Assembly (NCBI GenBank): GCA_944393685.1
Contig: CALYAW010000008.1
Location: 772 to 64,771 of the forward strand
Length of the DNA stretch: 64,000 nt
Reading direction: 5' to 3'
DNA from: an uncultured Alphaproteobacteria bacterium
GTDB taxonomy: Bacteria; Pseudomonadota; Alphaproteobacteria; RF32; CAG-239
Shown: piece after piece, positions 61,429 through 64,000 of the stretch
Numbering within the stretch: the stretch's first letter is position 1
How the letters are laid out: every line of letters begins with the position of its first letter
The notes under the pieces: generated by a model
Told to the model about the DNA's origin: nothing
Database searches by the model: none
The model's input: the letters and a program-made list of their open reading frames with translations, nothing else
Position numbers and translations under genes: made by a program

Positions 61429-63138
61429 TTAAAACAATCCCTTTAAGGTTTGTTCCAAATCTTTTTGTAAAGTCATAATTTCTGATAATACCTCATCAGA
61501 TGAGCGAGGTGGAACATATTTGTAAAAATATCTTGTAAATGGAATTTCATAGCCAATTTTAGTTTTGCTTTCATCTATCCAAGCATCCGGAGCAAAAGGA
61601 ATCACTTCTCGCTGAAAATATTCATGAATATCTTCTGTTAAAGGCACATTTTCTGTATCTCTTAATTCAGAATCCGCTACAGGCTTACCTTTTTTCAAGA
61701 TAATTTCGCCATTTTCATCCCTTTGCGGACGTTCAACTACAATCTTTGCATAGCCAAAGTCTTCGTTATTAAAAATCTTACTGATTTCATTTTCTTTGAA
61801 ATCTCCGTAAATTTGTGTGATTTTATCTATATACTTTTGCGGAATGTCGTTTCTCTTATTTCCTAATGATTTACGGCGTTTTTCATATAGTCCATTAGCA
61901 TTTATAAGTTGAACCTTGCCTTTTCTTTCTACAGGCTTTTTGTTGTTAAATACCCAAATATAGGTTGCAATGCCGGTATTATAAAACAAATCATTAGGTA
62001 GAGCTACGATAGCTTCTAACAAATCATTTTCTAATATATATTTGCGTATTTCTGATTGTCCGCTTCCGGCATCACCACTAAATAAAGGAGAACCATTTTG
62101 AATAATAGCAACTTTTGAACCTTCCGGTCTCATTTTGTGGATTGCTGTTTGCAAAAAGAGCATTTGCCCATCACTAATAGGCGGTAATCCAGCACCAAAA
62201 CGCCCTGCAAAACCCAATTTTGCTTCTTTTTCCACGGCGTTTTTATCATTTTTCCATTCCCTACCAAAAGGCGGATTAGATAATATATAATCAAACTTAT
62301 CATCTGCAAATTGGTCATCAGATAATGTATTGCCGCATTTAATATTGTTTGCATCATTTCCTTTAATGAGCATATCTCCTTTACAAATAGCAAAGGTTTG
62401 GTCATTTATCTCTTGTCCATAACAAATAAGCTTTGCGTTTTTGTTTAGCCTTGAAAGATATTCTTCTGCAACAGAAAGCATTCCACCCGTTCCTACGGTT
62501 GGGTCATATAGTGTTTTTGCAACATTTCCGGTCAATATACTATTATCATTATTGAAAAGTATATTAACCATGAGTTCTATGACTTCTCTTGGGGTATAGT
62601 GTTGTCCAGCATCTTCGTTATGAGCTTCTGAAAAGCGGCGAATAATTTCTTCAAAAATATATCCCATTTCCAAGTTGCTAACTTTTGAAGGATGTAAGTC
62701 AGCATCTGGTGTATTAAACTTTTTTATAACCATATAAAGTAAGTCATGTGAAGCTAATCTTTCAATATGGCGTTCAAATTCAAAATGCTCTAAAATATCT
62801 TTTACATTATCGGAAAAATCATTCAAATATGAACGGAAATTTATTTCAATACTGTCAGGAGCGTCTAATAATCGTTTGAAATTAAATTTACTTGTATTGT
62901 AAAACGGATGTCCGCTTGCCTTTTTTAAAAAGATATCTTTCATCGGCAAATTGCTAACTTCAGGCAATTTTTTTAATACAGCTTCCTTGGTATCTTCCAA
63001 AATACAATCAAAACGCTTAATAACCATCATTGGCAAAATAACTTCGCCATATTCATGAGGTTTATATGTTCCGGTCAAAACATCGGCTATTGACCAGATT
63101 AAATTTGCTTTTTGATTGATATTTCCGTTTATAGACAT
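61429..63138 (-). CDS. hsdM: Type I RM methyltransferase subunit
   Basis: GQHYTPREV, YDPTVGTGGML, SNPPFG, FYNTGIATY. Confidence 0.96.
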   Translation of the reverse strand: MSINGNINQKANLIWSIADVLTGTYKPHEYGEVILPMMVIKRFDCILEDTKEAVLKKLPEVSNLPMKDIFLKKASGHPFYNTSKFNFKRLLDAPDSIEINFRSYLNDFSDNVKDILEHFEFERHIERLASHDLLYMVIKKFNTPDADLHPSKVSNLEMGYIFEEIIRRFSEAHNEDAGQHYTPREVIELMVNILFNNDNSILTGNVAKTLYDPTVGTGGMLSVAEEYLSRLNKNAKLICYGQEINDQTFAICKGDMLIKGNDANNIKCGNTLSDDQFADDKFDYILSNPPFGREWKNDKNAVEKEAKLGFAGRFGAGLPPISDGQMLFLQTAIHKMRPEGSKVAIIQNGSPLFSGDAGSGQSEIRKYILENDLLEAIVALPNDLFYNTGIATYIWVFNNKKPVERKGKVQLINANGLYEKRRKSLGNKRNDIPQKYIDKITQIYGDFKENEISKIFNNEDFGYAKIVVERPQRDENGEIILKKGKPVADSELRDTENVPLTEDIHEYFQREVIPFAPDAWIDESKTKIGYEIPFTRYFYKYVPPRSSDEVLSEIMTLQKDLEQTLKGLF

Positions 63139-63240
63139 TCCAAATTCCTCTAGACTTTATTGGTATATTTCTAATGCCTCAAAGCCTAAAGTAAAAAGGT
63201 TTATTTTTCAATAAGAATATCTGTTTAATTGCAGAAATAA

Positions 63241-64000
63241 TTACTTCCCTTCCATTTCTTTGGCAAGTTCGGAAACGAGTTTCCAGTTCTGGCTTTTGTA
63301 GGCTTCTAACAAGGGGAGATAGTAGCGAGAATTTTTGCCTTCTCCTATATATGGTATTCTTCTGACGCCGCCTGCCTTATCTTCTTTTCGCATAGCCAGC
63401 AAGGTTGTATAAGATATGCCTAAAAATGCCGCAGTTTGTTTAATATTCAACCAATTTGAACGAGCCGCAATATCAAATGCTTCTTGTTTTTTAGCACTAT
63501 CAAGGTCATTTAAATAAAACTCTGATAATTCTGCGGCGTAATCACTAAACCCACTACTCTCTAATGCCTTTACAAAGGAGCGAATAGAATTACTCATAGT
63601 TTTAACAACATTTGCAGAAAATACAATCTGCTTGAAATTAACATGTTTTGTAAATGTAATATTCTTAACTCTGAGTTCATTCAAAAATATAACATTAACA
63701 ATCTGACCATAATGAAAGTTTACATCAGAAAAGGATACTTTACCCCCAAAAATTGTATTGCTAAATATAATTTTCAATTTAGATATATTAGATAATAAAA
63801 AATTTGCCTGTTCTGAAAAAGTACAATTTCTTAAAATAAGAGCTGAATAACACCCTTTTTGTATTTTATCAATCTCAAAATTACCATTGAATATACAGTT
63901 TTCAAACTTTAACAAACTTATTACTGTTTGAAAATTTCTATTTAGTCCCGTTTCCCAATAACTAACCCGACAATTAAAAATGCAATTTTTGAACATAAAT
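63241..64000 (-). CDS. 5'-truncated protein with pentapeptide-like repeats and C-terminal HTH
   Basis: F.NC.F repeats, then WLNIKQTAAFLGISYTTL (excisionase/MerR-like HTH). Confidence 0.55.
   Translation of the reverse strand, partial: FMFKNCIFNCRVSYWETGLNRNFQTVISLLKFENCIFNGNFEIDKIQKGCYSALILRNCTFSEQANFLLSNISKLKIIFSNTIFGGKVSFSDVNFHYGQIVNVIFLNELRVKNITFTKHVNFKQIVFSANVVKTMSNSIRSFVKALESSGFSDYAAELSEFYLNDLDSAKKQEAFDIAARSNWLNIKQTAAFLGISYTTLLAMRKEDKAGGVRRIPYIGEGKNSRYYLPLLEAYKSQNWKLVSELAKEMEGK

Larger units (their letters stand above)
45598..64000. mobile_element. tRNA-Gln-integrated genomic/defence island (right end beyond the window)
   Basis: Integrase directly after the tRNA, followed by RT, second recombinase, iteron-like array and RM genes; visibly AT-rich cargo; no attR seen. 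Confidence 0.8.

Overview
Chromosomal window from a low-GC, probably anaerobic and host-associated alphaproteobacterium. The placement is inferred from GcrA, the rpoZ-relA-acpS-lepB-rnc-era cluster, ndk-DUF2066-AI-2E, PFOR and pta-ackA. Positions 1-45.5 kb are mostly housekeeping genes: motAB, terC, nagAB, pheST, rpmI-rplT, lolCD, pepA, sua5, an alpha2-type GlyRS and tRNA-Gly. They are interrupted by three Cys-rich secreted proteins (two carry phage tail-collar/fibre-tip modules) and a probable HNH nuclease/SUKH immunity pair. From tRNA-Gln (45523-45597) to the window end lies an integrase-led island with a PD-(D/E)XK-like protein, a reverse transcriptase, a second tyrosine recombinase, ankyrin proteins, an iteron-like array and a type I RM operon containing a SIR2-like gene. 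The main finding is the RT locus (48376-50323). It has the hallmarks of a DRT2/UG2 'Neo' system: a 120-nt stretch bounded by ACA motifs that is stop-free when concatenated. Unusually, this template occurs twice as a perfect 143-bp direct repeat. One copy lies in a putative ncRNA and the other lies in frame inside a 91-aa ORF with a strong RBS. The unique flanks of the two copies are complementary to each other. All family assignments come from motif recognition by eye; no searches were run.
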